Below are positions 61,805-64,000 of a stretch of 64,000 nucleotides of DNA, one piece after another. Below the pieces are notes generated by a model. It was not told where the DNA came from. It searched no databases and saw only the letters and a program-made list of their open reading frames with translations. The DNA is from Longimicrobiales bacterium (lineage in GTDB: Bacteria > Gemmatimonadota > Gemmatimonadetes > Longimicrobiales > Gaopeijiaceae): assembly GCA_965219445.1 (NCBI GenBank), contig CBDCNQ010000003.1, positions 32,001 through 96,000 on the forward strand, written 5' to 3'. Made by a program: the position numbers and the translations under genes. The first letter of the stretch is position 1. Every line of letters begins with the position of its first letter.

Positions 61805-63220
61805 TCAGCGGGCGGCTTCAAAAGCCAGAAAATCCAGCACCGAGTCGTAGGTCGGGGCATCCCCGGCCGCCTGACCATCCAGGTTGGTTGCATTGACGTC
61901 AATGCCCAACTCCACCGCCAACTGTACGGCTTCGAGAGTGAGAGCCTCCAGCTCGTCCGGATCCGGATTGACGAAGGTACGCACTCTCCTCGAGCCACCC
62001 ATCCCGACTGCTGCCATGAGGGCAGTCGTCGCCTCGGTCCTGCCGCCGGCCCCAAGCGTCCCAGAGGAAGCCACATAGTTGACTTGATGCACGAAAAGAG
62101 GATCCGCCCCGTGCTCCACGAGAAGGCGCATGACCCCGGGTTGGCTGAACCGCGCCGCGAGCCAAAACGGTGTCGCTCCGATCAGAGCCGGGTGAAAGTG
62201 CCAATCGGCCGATGCACGGCGCGTGGGAGTCCAATTCGTGACTCGAGCGTTCGCATCGGCCCCATGCTCAAGAAGCGAACGCACCAGGTTCTCGTCTCGA
62301 CGCATGATCGCCGCATGGAGCGCAGAGAACCCAGCCCCAGCCGCGTTCGGGTCGGCGCCCTCGTCGAGCATGAATTCTACCAGATCGTTAAATGCGGAAT
62401 GGGCGGCCAGAACCGTGACACTGGCGCCCCGCGCATCGACATCATTTACGTCCGCACCCGCATTCACGAGCATCCTTGCGGAGGCGAAATCGCCCACCCG
62501 AGCCGCGAACGTCAGCGCCGTGTTGGCTCCGTGGGGGACGTCCTGCTGATTCCCCGTATGGGGGGGGACGGCCATGACCATGCTCCACGTCTCCGACCGC
62601 GCGTGCACGTCCGCTCCGTATTCGAGCAACACGCCCACCACATCGGAATGCCCTTGGGAGGCCGCCCACATGAGCGCGGTCTGGCCGCGCGTTGCGCTGA
62701 TGTTCGGGTCGGCGCCCGCGGCGAGTAGCTGCTCCACCACCTGGGGATTGCCCGTGCGAGACGCTGTCATGATGGGGGCCTCGCCGGAGAGGAGAGCCAC
62801 GTTCGGGTCCGCTCCGGCCGCGAGCAGGCTCCGAACCATCCGCGCACTTCCGTTCAAGCTCGCAATCCAGAGGGGCGTTGCGCCGAGCTCATTCGCCGCG
62901 CTTACGTAGGCGTTCGCTCGGATCAGGAGTTCGGCGGTCTCGACATCGTCCCAGTAGCTGGCCCAGTGAAGGGCGGTCGCTCCGTCCGGGGCGGTGGCCG
63001 TGACGTCCGCGCCCTGCTCGACCAAAGCCCGGACCGTCTCCCAGTCCCCATCCTTCGCCGCCTCGATCAAGGGCGGCGGGTCGGCGACACCGGCTCCCAC
63101 GAGAACCAGCGCCAAGCCCAAGGGAATCAACACGGCTATCCCTCTTCGTTCCAGCTTACGGGATCGTGGGCTCTGGCGCTCCCGGTGTCTATCAATCATC
63201 GGTACACTCCACGTACTCAT
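61805..63220 (-). CDS. Secreted ankyrin-repeat protein
   Basis: Repeated G.TALHWA / TALMWAA / GADVN units. Confidence 0.9.
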   Translation of the reverse strand: MSTWSVPMIDRHRERQSPRSRKLERRGIAVLIPLGLALVLVGAGVADPPPLIEAAKDGDWETVRALVEQGADVTATAPDGATALHWASYWDDVETAELLIRANAYVSAANELGATPLWIASLNGSARMVRSLLAAGADPNVALLSGEAPIMTASRTGNPQVVEQLLAAGADPNISATRGQTALMWAASQGHSDVVGVLLEYGADVHARSETWSMVMAVPPHTGNQQDVPHGANTALTFAARVGDFASARMLVNAGADVNDVDARGASVTVLAAHSAFNDLVEFMLDEGADPNAAGAGFSALHAAIMRRDENLVRSLLEHGADANARVTNWTPTRRASADWHFHPALIGATPFWLAARFSQPGVMRLLVEHGADPLFVHQVNYVASSGTLGAGGRTEATTALMAAVGMGGSRRVRTFVNPDPDELEALTLEAVQLAVELGIDVNATNLDGQAAGDAPTYDSVLDFLAFEAAR

Positions 63221-63226
63221 GGGAGA

Positions 63227-64000
63227 TCAGATCCCCGGGAGTGCATCGATCTGAAGCGCTCCGGTGCTCGCTCCGATCCTATCCACCGGCAGACCCTGCT
63301 TGTCCATGAGCGTGACAAGAAGATTGGCCATCCCCGGCTCATCGGAATACGTGAGATGTTGACCGCCTCGGAGGGTTCCCGCGCCACCTCCCATCACGAG
63401 GATTGGAAGGTTCTGGCCGGAGTGCCGCGTGCTATTGGAGATCCCCGCGCCATACAGGATGGTCATGTTGTCCAGCAGCGTTCCGTCCCCGTCGGGGGTC
63501 GCCCGAAGCTTGGCCAAATACCGGGAGAAGAGCTCGGTGTGGTAGCGGTTGATTCTCGACATGCGCTCGACCAGCTCCGGCTGGTTGTTGTGATGCGAAA
63601 GCGGATGGTGAGCGTCAGGTACGTCGATCTGCGGGTAGGGCCGCGGGCTCTGCTCTTTGCCGATCATGAACGTGATGACCCGCGTCAAATCGGCCTGGAG
63701 GGCCAGAACCTTCAAGTCCGTCATCAACTCCAGGTGGTCTTCGAACACGTGCGGCGCACCCTCGGGTTGCTCGAAGTTGGGCAGCTCGATATCGATCTGC
63801 TCCTCGGCCCTCTGAATTCGCCGCTCGACATCTCGGATGGCCTCCGTGTATTGCTCCACCTTTATCTGATCCTGTGACCCGAGCTCCCGGCTGAGGGCGC
63901 CTATCTTGTCGGTCACGGAGTCGAGTATGCTTTTCTGCTGCGTCAACCTCTCCTCCCGAGCCCCGCGCTCCGTGGAGCCGGCGTCGCCGAACAGTCGCTC
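63227..64000 (-). CDS. DUF1552 (HXXSHH) protein, 5'-truncated by the window edge
   Basis: ALQADLTRV, HHPLSHH, TLLDN, H..NLP. Confidence 0.85.
   Translation of the reverse strand, partial: ERLFGDAGSTERGAREERLTQQKSILDSVTDKIGALSRELGSQDQIKVEQYTEAIRDVERRIQRAEEQIDIELPNFEQPEGAPHVFEDHLELMTDLKVLALQADLTRVITFMIGKEQSPRPYPQIDVPDAHHPLSHHNNQPELVERMSRINRYHTELFSRYLAKLRATPDGDGTLLDNMTILYGAGISNSTRHSGQNLPILVMGGGAGTLRGGQHLTYSDEPGMANLLVTLMDKQGLPVDRIGASTGALQIDALPGI

Overview
GC-rich bacterial window, probably Gemmatimonadota (inferred from gene content and motif style, not from a marker gene). It opens with 16 tRNA genes on the + strand (218-2297, none with an encoded CCA), interspersed with structured non-coding segments. 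The last gene, tRNA-Ser(CGA), has its 3' ~60 bp plus terminator repeated at 9250-9346. These copies bound a ~7 kb island with no integrase that carries attC-like relics and an IS481-like end. A class IIC group II intron (9351-11250) sits directly after the second terminator copy. From ~11 to 45 kb there is a dense block of secreted enzyme genes: three PQQ dehydrogenases, four NHL/PAL-like propellers, two haem c-fused copper type II (PHM-like) monooxygenase homologues, paired cupins, paired His-rich proteins and several hydrolases. I propose this block as a PAM-like periplasmic oxidative system. An IS3 element lies in the middle copy of a 3 x 68 bp tandem repeat. An ~8.2 kb inversion (about 49054-57220) reciprocally splits an M1 aminopeptidase gene and a hypothetical gene, and re-inverting it restores both reading frames at the junctions. 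Three genes have single-base frameshifts. All protein calls come from motif recognition by eye; no database search was run.
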